64,000 bases of DNA from an uncultured Rikenellaceae bacterium (GCA_904501625.1 CAJGBR010000001.1:2589-66588), one strand, 5' to 3'. Counted from the first letter of the stretch, positions 18,504 to 28,269 are shown. Notes: generated by a model not told the origin, from the letters alone. Translations and numbers: made by a program.

Positions 18504-18681
18504 AAAAAACGCATTTTTTTTAATTTTTATTTTGGAATGGATTTCACTAACTTGAAAAAACAACCCAAAAATTAGAATTGTTGCAAAAAAATTATTATCT
18601 TCGCGGTTGCGATTTTGTGTGACATTAAATTATCTTATTGTCAGACAATAGTTTTAACATTTTTTTCAATAGTTAACAATT

Positions 18682-19947
18682 ATGAAACTTGACGTAGTTT
18701 TGGGCCTCCAATGGGGAGACGAAGGTAAAGGTAAGGTTGTAGATGTTCTAACGCCGAACTACCGAGTAATCAGTCGATTCCAGGGTGGTCCGAATGCTGG
18801 TCACTCGTTGAAATTCAACAATCTCAGCTACGTACTCCACACCGTTCCGTCGGGAATCTTCCGCGACGAATCAATCAACATTATTGGTAACGGAGTCGTT
18901 ATTGACCCTGTAATATTAGCTGAAGAAATCGAATCTATCGAAAAAGAGAACATCGACGTCAAAAAGAAACTTTTGATTTCGAAAAAAGCACACCTCATTA
19001 TCCCGACTCACCGCATAATCGATGCCGCATCTGAAGCCTCTAAAGGCAAAACCAAAATCGGCTCGACTCTGAAAGGCATCGGTCCCACCTATACTGACAA
19101 AATCGGTAGAATTGGACTGAGAGTCGGCGACCTGCTCGATATTGATTTCAAAGAAAAATACAACAATCTCAAGAAACATCATCAGCGACTGCTCAAACAG
19201 TATGACTTCGAGTATGACATTACCGAGTATGAACGTCGTTGGTTTGAAGCAATCGAAAAACTCAGAGAGTTTCAGTTTATCGAAAGCGAACACCTTATTA
19301 ATAAATACCTCAACGAAGATGTAGCCGTATTGGCAGAGGGTGCTCAAGGGTCGATGCTGGATATCGATTTCGGGACATACCCCTACGTTACATCATCTAA
19401 TACGGTGTGTGCCGGAGCCTGCACAGGACTGGGAGTTGCTCCAGGTCGCATAGGCGAAGTTTTCGGAATCTTTAAAGCGTATTGTACACGTGTAGGTAGC
19501 GGTCCGTTCCCGACCGAATTGCACGACGAGACAGGCGAACTTCTCGCAGAAATCGGACGTGAATTCGGTTCAACAACAGGTCGCAAACGCCGTTGTGGCT
19601 GGCTCGACTTGGTAGCCCTGAAATATGCCGTAATGATTAATGGTGTAACTAAACTCATTATGATGAAGACCGACGTGCTGAACACGATGGAAACCATCAA
19701 GGCTGCAATTGCATATAAAATAAAGGGTGTAGAGACCACAGAATTCCCATACGAACACGAAGCTGAAATCGAACCTGTATACAAAGAATTCAAAGGTTGG
19801 AATTGCGACATATGCAACATTCAAAATTACGATGATTTCCCTGCAGAACTTAAGGAGTATATTGAATTCATCGAGAAAGAGACAGGTATTCCGATTTGGA
19901 TTGTTTCGGTAGGAGCAGATCGTAAAGCAACCATATTCAGACAATAA
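18682..19947 (+). CDS. purA: Adenylosuccinate synthase
   Basis: LGLQWGDEGKGKVVD, GPNAGH, GIGPTY, GTTGRKRRCGWLD. Confidence 0.97.
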   Translation: MKLDVVLGLQWGDEGKGKVVDVLTPNYRVISRFQGGPNAGHSLKFNNLSYVLHTVPSGIFRDESINIIGNGVVIDPVILAEEIESIEKENIDVKKKLLISKKAHLIIPTHRIIDAASEASKGKTKIGSTLKGIGPTYTDKIGRIGLRVGDLLDIDFKEKYNNLKKHHQRLLKQYDFEYDITEYERRWFEAIEKLREFQFIESEHLINKYLNEDVAVLAEGAQGSMLDIDFGTYPYVTSSNTVCAGACTGLGVAPGRIGEVFGIFKAYCTRVGSGPFPTELHDETGELLAEIGREFGSTTGRKRRCGWLDLVALKYAVMINGVTKLIMMKTDVLNTMETIKAAIAYKIKGVETTEFPYEHEAEIEPVYKEFKGWNCDICNIQNYDDFPAELKEYIEFIEKETGIPIWIVSVGADRKATIFRQ

Positions 19948-20044
19948 TTTTAGCAGTTCATCAATTTTTGCATTGCGACTATCGTAAAATTTTTTAATTT
20001 GCACAAATTGATGACCCAAACAGATAACTTTAAACGACAGTATT

Positions 20045-20737
20045 ATGAAAAAGAATGTACGTATCTTCGGAGTAATTTTAATGGCAGCCGCAACGTTGAC
20101 TAGCTGCTCAAATATGAACAACACCGGTAAAGGTGCCCTCATCGGAACAGGTGGTGGTGCGTTGCTGGGAACAATCATCGGAGCAATCGCAGATGGCAAT
20201 AAAGGTGCAGCAATCGGTGCAGCAATCGGTGCAGGCGTTGGTGCAGGAACAGGTGCTATCATCGGTAAAAAAATGGATAAACAACAAGCAGAACTCGCCA
20301 AAATCGAAGGTGCTCAAGTTGAATCTATTACTGACAAAAACGATCTTCAGGCAATCAAGGTTACCTTCTCTGACGGCATCTTGTTCAATACAGGCAAAAG
20401 CACACTGAGCACAGCATCTCGCAACGCTCTGAACGAATTTGCTGCATCATTGAAAGCAAACCCAGGAACTGATGTTACAATTTACGGACATACCGACAAC
20501 ACAGGTTCACGCCAAATCAACGAAAAATTGTCACTCGAACGTGCAAATGCAGTTGTTAATTTCCTCGTTGGTAACGGTATCGAGCGTGGCCGTTTTACAG
20601 CAGAAGGTCTTGCTTATGACCAACCTGTAGCCGACAACTCAACAGCAGAAGGTCGTGCCCAAAACCGCCGCGTGGAAATCTACATTACTGCAAGTGCCGC
20701 AATGATCGAACAAGCTAACAAAGAAGTTAACAAATAA
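20045..20737 (+). CDS. OmpA-family lipoprotein with an N-terminal glycine-zipper region
   Basis: Lipobox LTSCS. GxxxG repeats (GAAIGAAIGAGVGAGTGAIIG). The C-terminal OmpA_C peptidoglycan-binding motif is GHTDNTGS...N..LS..RA..V...L...G...R......G...P.A.N.T.EGR..NRRVEI. Confidence 0.9.
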   Translation: MKKNVRIFGVILMAAATLTSCSNMNNTGKGALIGTGGGALLGTIIGAIADGNKGAAIGAAIGAGVGAGTGAIIGKKMDKQQAELAKIEGAQVESITDKNDLQAIKVTFSDGILFNTGKSTLSTASRNALNEFAASLKANPGTDVTIYGHTDNTGSRQINEKLSLERANAVVNFLVGNGIERGRFTAEGLAYDQPVADNSTAEGRAQNRRVEIYITASAAMIEQANKEVNK

Positions 20738-20800
20738 TAATCAGTCCTCAAACTGAAAAAACGAAATAAAAAGAATTTTTATAATCTAATTCACATATCT

Positions 20801-21679
20801 ATGAATAAACCGTTAAAAATCTTGGTCCTGGCAAAACAGGTGCCCGATACCCGTAACGTCGGAAAAGACGCTATGAAAGAAGACGGTACTATCAATCGTG
20901 CAGCTCTTCCGGCAATCTTCAATCCAGAAGACTTAAATGCTTTGGAACAAGCCTTGAGACTTAAAGACTCAATCCCCGGATCAACTGTAGAAATTTTGAC
21001 TATGGGTCCAACTCGTGCAGCAGAAATCGTTCGTGAAGGATTATTCCGCGGCACCGATGGCGGATACGTATTAAGCGACAGAAAATTCGCAGGTTCAGAT
21101 ACATTGGCAACATCTTATGCGTTGTCTTGTGCCGTCAAAACAATTAATCCGGATGTAATCATCGCAGGTCGTCAAGCTATCGACGGAGATACTGCTCAAG
21201 TAGGACCTCAGGTTGCAGAAAAGATGAATTGGCCACAGGTAACCTATGCTGAAGAGATCGTCTCTTGCGAAGATAATGTACTTACCATCGTGCGTCGTTT
21301 GGAGCACGGTATAGAAACAGTTACTTGCCCGATGCCTGCAGTAGTAACAGTGAACGGTTCGGCTGCAGAATGCCGTCCTCGTCACGCAAAACTGCTTATG
21401 AAGTACAAACACGCAATGTCTAAAACCGAAGTTGCAGAACTCGAAAATGACACCTACAAAGAGTTGCGTGAACAACGTCCGTATCTCGTAATCAACGAAC
21501 TGACTGCAGCAGATGTTCCGGCTGACGAAAACGAACTCGGTTTGTTGGGTTCACCAACCAAAGTTAAGAAGATTGATAATGTAGTGTTCCAAGCAAAAGA
21601 GGCTAAACGCCTTAGCTCAAGCCTCGAAGATATCGACTCTTTGATGCAGGAACTTATTTCTAACCACACACTCGGATAG
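20801..21679 (+). CDS. etfB: Electron transfer flavoprotein, beta subunit
   Basis: ILVLAKQVPDT, NPEDLNALEQALRLK, AGRQAIDGDTAQVGPQVAE. Confidence 0.93.
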   Translation: MNKPLKILVLAKQVPDTRNVGKDAMKEDGTINRAALPAIFNPEDLNALEQALRLKDSIPGSTVEILTMGPTRAAEIVREGLFRGTDGGYVLSDRKFAGSDTLATSYALSCAVKTINPDVIIAGRQAIDGDTAQVGPQVAEKMNWPQVTYAEEIVSCEDNVLTIVRRLEHGIETVTCPMPAVVTVNGSAAECRPRHAKLLMKYKHAMSKTEVAELENDTYKELREQRPYLVINELTAADVPADENELGLLGSPTKVKKIDNVVFQAKEAKRLSSSLEDIDSLMQELISNHTLG

Positions 21680-21683
21680 ACCT

Positions 21684-22703
21684 ATGAACAACATATTTGT
21701 ATATTGCGAAAATGAAAATGGTCGCATCGCAGACGTAAGCCTTGAATTGTTGACCAAAGCAAGAGAACTCGCCAATACTCTTGGTTGTAAAGTCGAAGCC
21801 CTCGTGCTCGGAACAAACCTCGGTGGAGTAGAAAAAGAACTCGCATCTTATGGTGCAGATATCGTTTGGATTGGCGAACATAAGGAGATGGCTCCGTATC
21901 GCACGCTTCCCCACGCCGCAGTAGTATGTGGACTCTTCCGCCAAGAAGAACCCCAAATCGCCCTGTTCGGTGCAACTACCGTGGGTCGTGACCTTTGTCC
22001 TCGTATCTCATCGGCACTGCACAGCGGTCTAACAGCAGATTGTACATCTCTCGAAATCGGAGAACACAGCGATGCAAAAACAGGTAAGAATTACACTAAC
22101 TTACTCTATCAAATTCGTCCGGCATTCGGCGGTAATATCATCGCAACTATCATCAACCCTGACCACCGTCCTCAAATGGCAACAGTGCGTGAAGGTGTGA
22201 TGAAAAAAGTCCAACTCGAAAATCCGGTTCCAGCAGAGGTTAAAACCGTAGATGTTGAAAAATATTTGCAACCTTCAGACCTCGTTGTCAAGATTATTGA
22301 TCGCCAAATAGAAGAGAGAAAACTCAATATCAAGGGTGCACCTGTAATCGTAGCTGGAGGTTATGGTATGGGATCAAAAGAAAACTTTGCAATTCTTCAC
22401 GAATTGGCAAATCTGTTGGGCGGTGAAGTCGGTGCTTCACGTGCAGCAGTAGACGCAGGTTTCACTGAACACGCACGCCAAATCGGACAAACAGGTACGA
22501 CAGTACGTCCGAAACTTTATATCGCTTGCGGCATCTCAGGTCAAATCCAACATACTGCCGGTATGAGTGAATCATCAATGATTATCTCAATCAACTCGGA
22601 CCCAGATGCACCGATTAACAAAATCGCAGATTTCGCAATCTGTGGCGACGTAATGGACGTTATCCCAAAACTGATTAAGTCTTATAAACAAAACTCGAAA
22701 TAA
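21684..22703 (+). CDS. etfA: Electron transfer flavoprotein, alpha subunit
   Basis: C-terminal FAD-binding region VAGGYGMGS...GASRAAVDAG......QIGQTG..V.PKLYIACGISGQIQH. Confidence 0.93.
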   Translation: MNNIFVYCENENGRIADVSLELLTKARELANTLGCKVEALVLGTNLGGVEKELASYGADIVWIGEHKEMAPYRTLPHAAVVCGLFRQEEPQIALFGATTVGRDLCPRISSALHSGLTADCTSLEIGEHSDAKTGKNYTNLLYQIRPAFGGNIIATIINPDHRPQMATVREGVMKKVQLENPVPAEVKTVDVEKYLQPSDLVVKIIDRQIEERKLNIKGAPVIVAGGYGMGSKENFAILHELANLLGGEVGASRAAVDAGFTEHARQIGQTGTTVRPKLYIACGISGQIQHTAGMSESSMIISINSDPDAPINKIADFAICGDVMDVIPKLIKSYKQNSK

Positions 22704-22706
22704 ACT

Positions 22707-24431
22707 ATGGCTAACTTTTTTCTTGACAATAAAGACCTGCAATATCAACTGCGCCACCCGTTGATGCGAAAAATCGTGGAGCTCAAAGAACGCGGGTTCG
22801 AAGATAAGGATAAATTTGACTACGCTCCCGTTAATTTCGAGGATGCGATGGAAAATTATGAAAAGGTTCTGGAAATCGTCGGAGGAATCTGCGGTGACGT
22901 TTTGGCTCCGAATGCAGAAAGTGTTGACCACGAAGGTCCACACGTTGTCGATGACCACGTAATCTATGCTGAAGGTACTCAACGTAATCATCAAGCTCTG
23001 ATTGACGCAGGCGTTTATGGTATCGCATTGCCACGTCAATATGGAGGTCTGAACTTCCCGATGGTCCCGTACGTGATGACTTGCGACCTGATTTCAAGAG
23101 CAGATGCAGGTTTTGCAAACATCTGGGGTCTGCAAGACTGTGCAGAAACACTCAACGAATTCGCAAGTGAAGAACAAAAACAAGAATTCCTGACTCAGAT
23201 CCAATATGGCAAAACTTGTGCAATGGACCTGACAGAACCTGATGCAGGTAGCGACTTGCAAAAGGTTATGTTGCGTGCAACTTGGGACGAAGAAAAAGGA
23301 ACTTGGTTGCTCAACGGTGTGAAACGTTTTATCACTAATGGCGATGGTGATATATCACTCGTTTTGGCTCGTAGTGAAGATGGTACATCTGACGGACGTG
23401 GTTTGTCAATGTTCGTGTACGACCGCAAACATATGGCCGTAAAAGTTCGTCGTATCGAAAATAAACTCGGTATCAAAGGCTCACCGACTTGTGAATTGGT
23501 ATTCACTAATGCTCCGGCTCAATTGGTAGGTGCTCGCAAAATGGGTCTTATCAAATATGTAATGTCATTGATGAACTCGGCTCGTTTGGGTATCGGTGCA
23601 CAGAGTGCCGGCGTTTGCGAAGCTGCTTACCGCGAAGCTCTCAAATATGCTCACGAACGTGAACAATTCGGACACCCAATTATCGAGTTTCCGGCTATGT
23701 ACGAAATGTTGACTAATATGAAAGCTAAAGTTTATGCTACACGTGCGTTGTTGTATGAAACAACTCGCTTCGTAGACGTATACAAGGCTTATGCACACAT
23801 TTCAAATGACCGAAAACTGACTCCGGAAGAAAAAGACGAAATGAAGCAATATCAAAAACTCGCAGATGGTTATACTCCACTGTTGAAATTGATGTCAAGT
23901 GAATATTCAAATTCACTCGCTTACGATTCGTTGCAAATTCACGGCGGTTCAGGCTTTATGAAAGACTACCCAATTGAACGTATCTATCGAGATGCCCGCA
24001 TTACAACAATTTATGAAGGCACATCTCAGTTACAGGTGGTTGCAGCAATTAAGGCTGTTACAACAGGATTGTTTGCCGCACAAATGCAAGAGTATGAAAA
24101 GAATGCTCCTAAAGCAGAAATGCAACACTTGATGGATACATTGATTCAAATGCGTGAACAATATCAACAAGCAGTTGAAGCAGTTCAGGCTCTGAACGAT
24201 GGCAAATTGTTGGATTTCCACGCACGCCGTCTGGTCGAAATGGCAGGTCACATCATTATGGGTCACCTGTTGTTGCACCAAGCAAGCGAAGTTGATGAGT
24301 ATGCAATCTCGGCTGAAACCTATATCAAAGAGGGTAAAACTTTGAATACGGCTCGTTGGGAGTACATTCGCGACTTCAAACCTGAACATATCAATATGTT
24401 TGAATATATCAAAGGTGAATTCACAGAATAA
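22707..24431 (+). CDS. Acyl-CoA dehydrogenase family protein (long form with a C-terminal extension)
   Basis: DLTEPDAGSD, FITNGDG, and QIHGGSGFMKDYPIERIYRDARITTIYEGTSQLQ (catalytic Glu region). Directly downstream of etfBA. Confidence 0.9.
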   Translation: MANFFLDNKDLQYQLRHPLMRKIVELKERGFEDKDKFDYAPVNFEDAMENYEKVLEIVGGICGDVLAPNAESVDHEGPHVVDDHVIYAEGTQRNHQALIDAGVYGIALPRQYGGLNFPMVPYVMTCDLISRADAGFANIWGLQDCAETLNEFASEEQKQEFLTQIQYGKTCAMDLTEPDAGSDLQKVMLRATWDEEKGTWLLNGVKRFITNGDGDISLVLARSEDGTSDGRGLSMFVYDRKHMAVKVRRIENKLGIKGSPTCELVFTNAPAQLVGARKMGLIKYVMSLMNSARLGIGAQSAGVCEAAYREALKYAHEREQFGHPIIEFPAMYEMLTNMKAKVYATRALLYETTRFVDVYKAYAHISNDRKLTPEEKDEMKQYQKLADGYTPLLKLMSSEYSNSLAYDSLQIHGGSGFMKDYPIERIYRDARITTIYEGTSQLQVVAAIKAVTTGLFAAQMQEYEKNAPKAEMQHLMDTLIQMREQYQQAVEAVQALNDGKLLDFHARRLVEMAGHIIMGHLLLHQASEVDEYAISAETYIKEGKTLNTARWEYIRDFKPEHINMFEYIKGEFTE

Positions 24432-24447
24432 TTTACCCGAAACAAAT

Positions 24448-24481
24448 AAAAAGGCTGCTCGACGATGGGCAGCCTTTTTTG
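24448..24481. terminator. Bidirectional terminator between the acyl-CoA dehydrogenase (+) and the C-S lyase (-)
   Basis: AAGGCTGC (24451-24458) pairs with GCAGCCTT (24469-24476), flanked by an A-run and a T-run. Confidence 0.8.
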
Positions 24482-24494
24482 TCATATAGTCAGA

Positions 24495-25673
24495 TTATCT
24501 TTTTAGCAATAACGACGCTTCATATAATTGAGTCATTGCCCGTTCTATGATAACTCGTGGTGCTGCAACATTTATCCTCATAAATCCTTCACCTTCAGCT
24601 CCAAAGAAACGTCCCTCGGACATTCCCAATCGAGCCTTCTCCACCATAAATTTACAGAGTTCTTTATGCTCCAATCCCCACTCTCTGAAGTCTAACCACA
24701 TCAGATACATTGCTTCAGGTGGGTAACACTTCACATCCGGCATCTTATCAGCCAAAAATCCAACAACATAATCAATATTACCCTTAATGTAATCATTCAG
24801 ACTATCAACCCACTGATCGCCATAGGTATAAGCCATCTCCATTGCAATAGTTCCAAATATGTTTCCCTGATCAATATGTATCGACTCTTCTTCGCGGTGA
24901 AATTCTTGTCTTAGTTTCTGATCGGGAATAATCACAGCGGTTGTACTCAATCCCGCAATATTAAAACTCTTTGCAGGTGATGAAACAGTTATACTGCGGC
25001 GTGCAGCATCGTCACCAAGCGAGGCAAAATGAATATGACGGTATGGTTCTTGAATCAAATCACAATGAATCTCATCGGCAATAACAATGATATTATATTT
25101 TAGACACAACATCGCAATGCGTTCCAATTCATTACGCGTGTATACACGTCCTGTCGGATTGTGTGGATTACATAAAATAAATATTTTCGATCGAGAGAGT
25201 TTCTCTTCCAAATCTTCAAAATCAATCACAGCACGTCCATTTGATTCATATTTCAGAGGATTGCACTCTACACGCCGTCTGTTACCCTCGATCACCCACG
25301 AAAATGGTCCGTAAACCGGCGTCTGAATCACGACACCATCACCCTCTGACGAGAATGCCCTAATAGCAAGACTCACTGCACAAACCGTTCCAGGTGTAAA
25401 CTGAATCCAACTCGTCTCAACGTCCCAATTCCAACGTCGTTTTAGCCACCCCTTAATAGCATTATAAAAACCATCAGGTCTGTACGAATACCCTAGAATA
25501 TGATGATCAAGACGTCTTTTCAATGCATCAATAATAAACTCCGGAGTCTCAAAATCCATATCCGCAACCCAGAGTGGCACCAAATCTTCTGTTCCAAATA
25601 TTCGTTTCAAACTATCGTATTTCTCACAATTGGTTCCGCATCTCTCAACGACGCGATCAAAATCATAATTCAT
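24495..25673 (-). CDS. PatB/MalY-family cystathionine beta-lyase (class I/II aminotransferase fold)
   Basis: FDRVVERCGTNCEKYD N-terminus, NPHNPTGRVY, and the PLP-lysine region SSPAKSFNIAGL. Confidence 0.85.
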   Translation of the reverse strand: MNYDFDRVVERCGTNCEKYDSLKRIFGTEDLVPLWVADMDFETPEFIIDALKRRLDHHILGYSYRPDGFYNAIKGWLKRRWNWDVETSWIQFTPGTVCAVSLAIRAFSSEGDGVVIQTPVYGPFSWVIEGNRRRVECNPLKYESNGRAVIDFEDLEEKLSRSKIFILCNPHNPTGRVYTRNELERIAMLCLKYNIIVIADEIHCDLIQEPYRHIHFASLGDDAARRSITVSSPAKSFNIAGLSTTAVIIPDQKLRQEFHREEESIHIDQGNIFGTIAMEMAYTYGDQWVDSLNDYIKGNIDYVVGFLADKMPDVKCYPPEAMYLMWLDFREWGLEHKELCKFMVEKARLGMSEGRFFGAEGEGFMRINVAAPRVIIERAMTQLYEASLLLKR

Positions 25674-25737
25674 AGATATTTTCGTTTTATTTAGTTTTTA
25701 TTCGGCGACAGAGAGAAATATTTAAACGAAATTTATT

Positions 25738-25745
25738 TACCTTTG
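25738..25745 (+). promoter_or_regulatory. -7 box TACCTTTG upstream of the pseudouridine synthase gene
   Basis: It overlaps the ORF-track start at 25743, so the real start is the ATG at 25836. Confidence 0.5.
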
Positions 25746-25835
25746 CACCGAGTTTGTGCGGACAAAGGTACTAAAATATTAATAATCACAACTTTTAAAA
25801 ATAATTTTTCCGCAATTACAACTCAATATTTTATT

Positions 25836-27179
25836 ATGAGAAATTACTTTGACAAGAGTGAATCAAAAAGACATCACTCAGAGGAGGCTCAAACCAAGAG
25901 AACTCACTCAGATCGCTTCAATCGCGAAGATTCAACGATCAATCGTCCTCGAAAAGCGAAGGCTCAGGAGATTGCAACCCCGACCGACTTCGCCGGACAA
26001 TCGTTTATGAAAGATCGCAGAAATCGGGAATCAAGTTCATTCACTCCAAGAGAAGAACGTTCTCCGAGAATATCCGAAAGCAAGAGTCGTTCGCCTCGCT
26101 ACAATAACCGAGATGAACAATCTAACGAACGCAGACACTCTAATACGTTCGGCAACAGATATAACTCTGACGACCGCAATCAACGTCATTCGTTTAATCC
26201 AAATTTCGACTCAAACAATCGCCCAAAATTCAATAGAAATGAAAATGGCGATACCAGACCAAATCGAAATTTTAACAGAACTGAAGAGTCATTCGATAAT
26301 CGCAGAAGATTCTCAAAAGATAACCGAGAATTCTCACACCAAAGACCAGAAAGTCGAGGAGGAAGATTCAACGACCACAAAGAACCTAATAACAAGAGAT
26401 TTCGCAAAAATGGAGCAAGAAACATAGCTGAATATCCAAGTTACGAATCAGCGAAAAATATGCCCGAAACAATGCGTCTCAATCGGTTTATTTCAATGTC
26501 TGGAATATGCTCTCGTCGAGAAGCCGATGAACTTATTTCTCAAGGACTCATTACAGTTAACGGAGTAATAATCACCGAATTGGGTGCAAAAATCAAAAGC
26601 ACAGACGAAGTTATCTATAACGGACAACGACTTAAAGGTGAAAAAAAGGTCTATATTCTGATGAATAAACCCAAAGGATATGTGACAACACTCGAAGATC
26701 CGAATGCCGACAAAACCGTAATCTCACTGATAGGCGACGTCTGCAAAGAGAGAATTTATCCCGTAGGACGACTTGATAAAAATAGCCTCGGAGTATTGCT
26801 CATCACAAATGACGGCGACCTGACAAAAAAACTTACACACCCGTCATACAATAAAAAGAAAATTTACCAGGTCGACTTGAACAAAAATGTCTCTGTTGAT
26901 GACCTCCAAAAAATCTATAACGGCATAGAACTCGAAGATGGGTTAGTAGAAGTTGATGATATTCAATACATTGACGAAACAAAGAAAAAAATTGGGATAG
27001 AAATTCACAGCGGACGAAATCGCGTAGTTAGACGACTGTTCGAATCCCTCGGATACTCAGTTGTAAAACTTGACAGAGTTTATTTCGCAGGTTTAACAAA
27101 GAAAAATCTACCTCGAGGTAGGTGGAGATTCCTAACTGATGCCGAAGTTTCTATGCTGAAAAATGGCAGCTACGAATAA
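25836..27179 (+). CDS. rluB: RluB/RsuA-family rRNA pseudouridine synthase with a ~212-aa disordered basic N-terminal extension
   Basis: S4 domain (MRLNRFISMSGICSRREADELI) and catalytic motif YPVGRLDKNSLGVLLITNDG in the C-terminal 235 aa. The N-terminal region is R/N/S/D-rich and low-complexity. Confidence 0.88.
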   Translation: MRNYFDKSESKRHHSEEAQTKRTHSDRFNREDSTINRPRKAKAQEIATPTDFAGQSFMKDRRNRESSSFTPREERSPRISESKSRSPRYNNRDEQSNERRHSNTFGNRYNSDDRNQRHSFNPNFDSNNRPKFNRNENGDTRPNRNFNRTEESFDNRRRFSKDNREFSHQRPESRGGRFNDHKEPNNKRFRKNGARNIAEYPSYESAKNMPETMRLNRFISMSGICSRREADELISQGLITVNGVIITELGAKIKSTDEVIYNGQRLKGEKKVYILMNKPKGYVTTLEDPNADKTVISLIGDVCKERIYPVGRLDKNSLGVLLITNDGDLTKKLTHPSYNKKKIYQVDLNKNVSVDDLQKIYNGIELEDGLVEVDDIQYIDETKKKIGIEIHSGRNRVVRRLFESLGYSVVKLDRVYFAGLTKKNLPRGRWRFLTDAEVSMLKNGSYE

Positions 27180-27214
27180 AATATTCTTTTTTCGAAAAAA
27201 ATATTGCTAAAAAT

Positions 27215-27245
27215 TTTGTTATATTCAAAATTCGCAATATCTTTG
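27215..27245 (+). promoter_or_regulatory. Bacteroidetes promoter for the tRNA-Lys pair
   Basis: TTTG (27215-27218), 19 nt spacer, TATCTTTG (27238-27245), 16 nt upstream of the first tRNA. Confidence 0.7.
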
Positions 27246-27261
27246 CACCGCAATTGAGGGA

Positions 27262-27334
27262 GATTCAGTAGCTCAGCTGGTAGAGCACAACACTTTTAAT
27301 GTTGGGGTCCCGGGTTCGAGCCCCGGCTGGATCA
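27262..27334 (+). tRNA. tRNA-Lys (anticodon TTT)
   Basis: Manual cloverleaf: acceptor GATTCAG/CTGGATC, anticodon arm CAACA-CTTTTAA-TGTTG, T arm CCGGG-TTCGAGC-CCCGG. No encoded CCA. Confidence 0.92.
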
Positions 27335-27340
27335 CTCGAA

Positions 27341-27413
27341 GGTTCCTTAGCTCAGCTGGTAGAGCACGACACTCTTAATGTTGGGGTCCAGGGTTCGAGC
27401 CCCTGAGGGACCA
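27341..27413 (+). tRNA. tRNA-Lys (anticodon CTT)
   Basis: Acceptor GGTTCCT/AGGGACC, anticodon arm CGACA-CTCTTAA-TGTTG, T arm CAGGG-TTCGAGC-CCCTG. It starts 6 nt after the first tRNA-Lys. Confidence 0.92.
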
Positions 27414-27434
27414 CCCTGTTAAGGAAACATATAG

Positions 27435-27460
27435 GCCTAATCTTTGGATTAGGCTTTTTT
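27435..27460. terminator. Bidirectional terminator after the tRNA-Lys pair, overlapping the stop codon of the minus-strand MBL gene
   Basis: GCCTAATC (27435-27442), loop TTTG, GATTAGGC (27447-27454), then T6. The TAA of the MBL gene (27449-27451) lies inside the 3' stem arm. Confidence 0.8.
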
Positions 27461-28123
27461 ATTTCCGCTAAGTAGTATCTTCCGTCTAAGCAATCTAATT
27501 TGAGAATCTATAAACGGAATAACATCACCAAACCTGAAACACGATTCGTGTCCAGGGTAAACCATCATTTCAACACCAAACTCATTTCGTATCATAGTCA
27601 ACGACACAGCCAATTGCTCAATCGAACTATCAGGAGCTGTCGTATAGGTCTTGATTCTCTCAAGCAACGTATCACCACTAAACAAGAAATCACCAACTAC
27701 AAAACACATAGCACCAGCGCAATGCCCTGGAGTCGGATAAAACTTAATTTGAACATCATCCCACTGGAGTTTTGCCCCCAACGACTCGACAGAAACAACT
27801 CGCCTAGGGACATAACTTATCGGATCCTCTCCAGAATATGCTGCCGATAGATTCAATTTCGGATTTTTCAGCGACTCAAAACAAGTTGCTGTTGCTATGA
27901 CCTCAACATCGAACATCTCACACAAAGGCTTAACTCCCTGTATATGATCAATATGCTCGTGTGTCAGAATCACATAATCAAGATGCTGCATCCGATGATT
28001 CAACCGTTCTGCAATAACGTGAACATTATTAATTCCCGGATCGACAACAATCACCCTATCCAAATGTTCGATAAGATAACAATTGGCTCCCATTAAATTA
28101 TTTTTTAATGCAGTAATCTCCAT
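27449..28123 (-). CDS. MBL-fold metallo-hydrolase (glyoxalase II-like)
   Basis: THEHIDH metal-binding motif, TPGHCAG, and a GDTL-like segment. The ATG at 28123 is preferred, because the TTG at 28141 sits inside the putative -7 box. Confidence 0.85.
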   Translation of the reverse strand: MEITALKNNLMGANCYLIEHLDRVIVVDPGINNVHVIAERLNHRMQHLDYVILTHEHIDHIQGVKPLCEMFDVEVIATATCFESLKNPKLNLSAAYSGEDPISYVPRRVVSVESLGAKLQWDDVQIKFYPTPGHCAGAMCFVVGDFLFSGDTLLERIKTYTTAPDSSIEQLAVSLTMIRNEFGVEMMVYPGHESCFRFGDVIPFIDSQIRLLRRKILLSGNKKA

Positions 28124-28138
28124 TTCGATTATTTGGAA

Positions 28139-28146
28139 CAAATTTA
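28139..28146 (-). promoter_or_regulatory. Possible -7 box (TAAATTTG on the minus strand) for the MBL hydrolase gene
   Basis: Plus-strand CAAATTTA, 15 nt upstream of the ATG at 28123. Confidence 0.4.
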
Positions 28147-28230
28147 TGGATATTTATTTTAATCCGATTATAATTTTCATAAAAAAAGTACCCCACAACC
28201 TTTTTTAAGCAATATATCATTTTTTTTGTG

Positions 28231-28238
28231 TATATTTG
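28231..28238 (+). promoter_or_regulatory. -7 box TATATTTG upstream of wza
   Basis: 31 nt upstream of the ATG at 28270. No clean -33 box. Confidence 0.5.
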
Positions 28239-28269
28239 CAAGATTATAATTTGAACTAACTTTTAAAGT

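Noticed and set aside
18495-18525. A9-CGCA-T8 near-palindrome between the tRNA-His and purA promoters.
   Set aside because: A pure A/T stem is too weak to be a terminator. It sits in a divergent promoter region, where A/T tracts are expected. The -33 box of the tRNA-His promoter overlaps it.
19570-20301. Long antisense ORFs in the track. Examples are 19570-20301 (-, 243 aa), 46866-47684 (+, 272 aa), 5569-6075 (-), 6231-6758 (+), 2904-3524 (+) and 12619-13182 (+).
   Set aside because: Each lies opposite a gene with unmistakable conserved motifs (purA/ompA, prfB, rplI, ftsZ, trmH, recG). Their translations are low-complexity or Cys/Ser/Ile-rich with no recognisable motifs. They are shadow frames.
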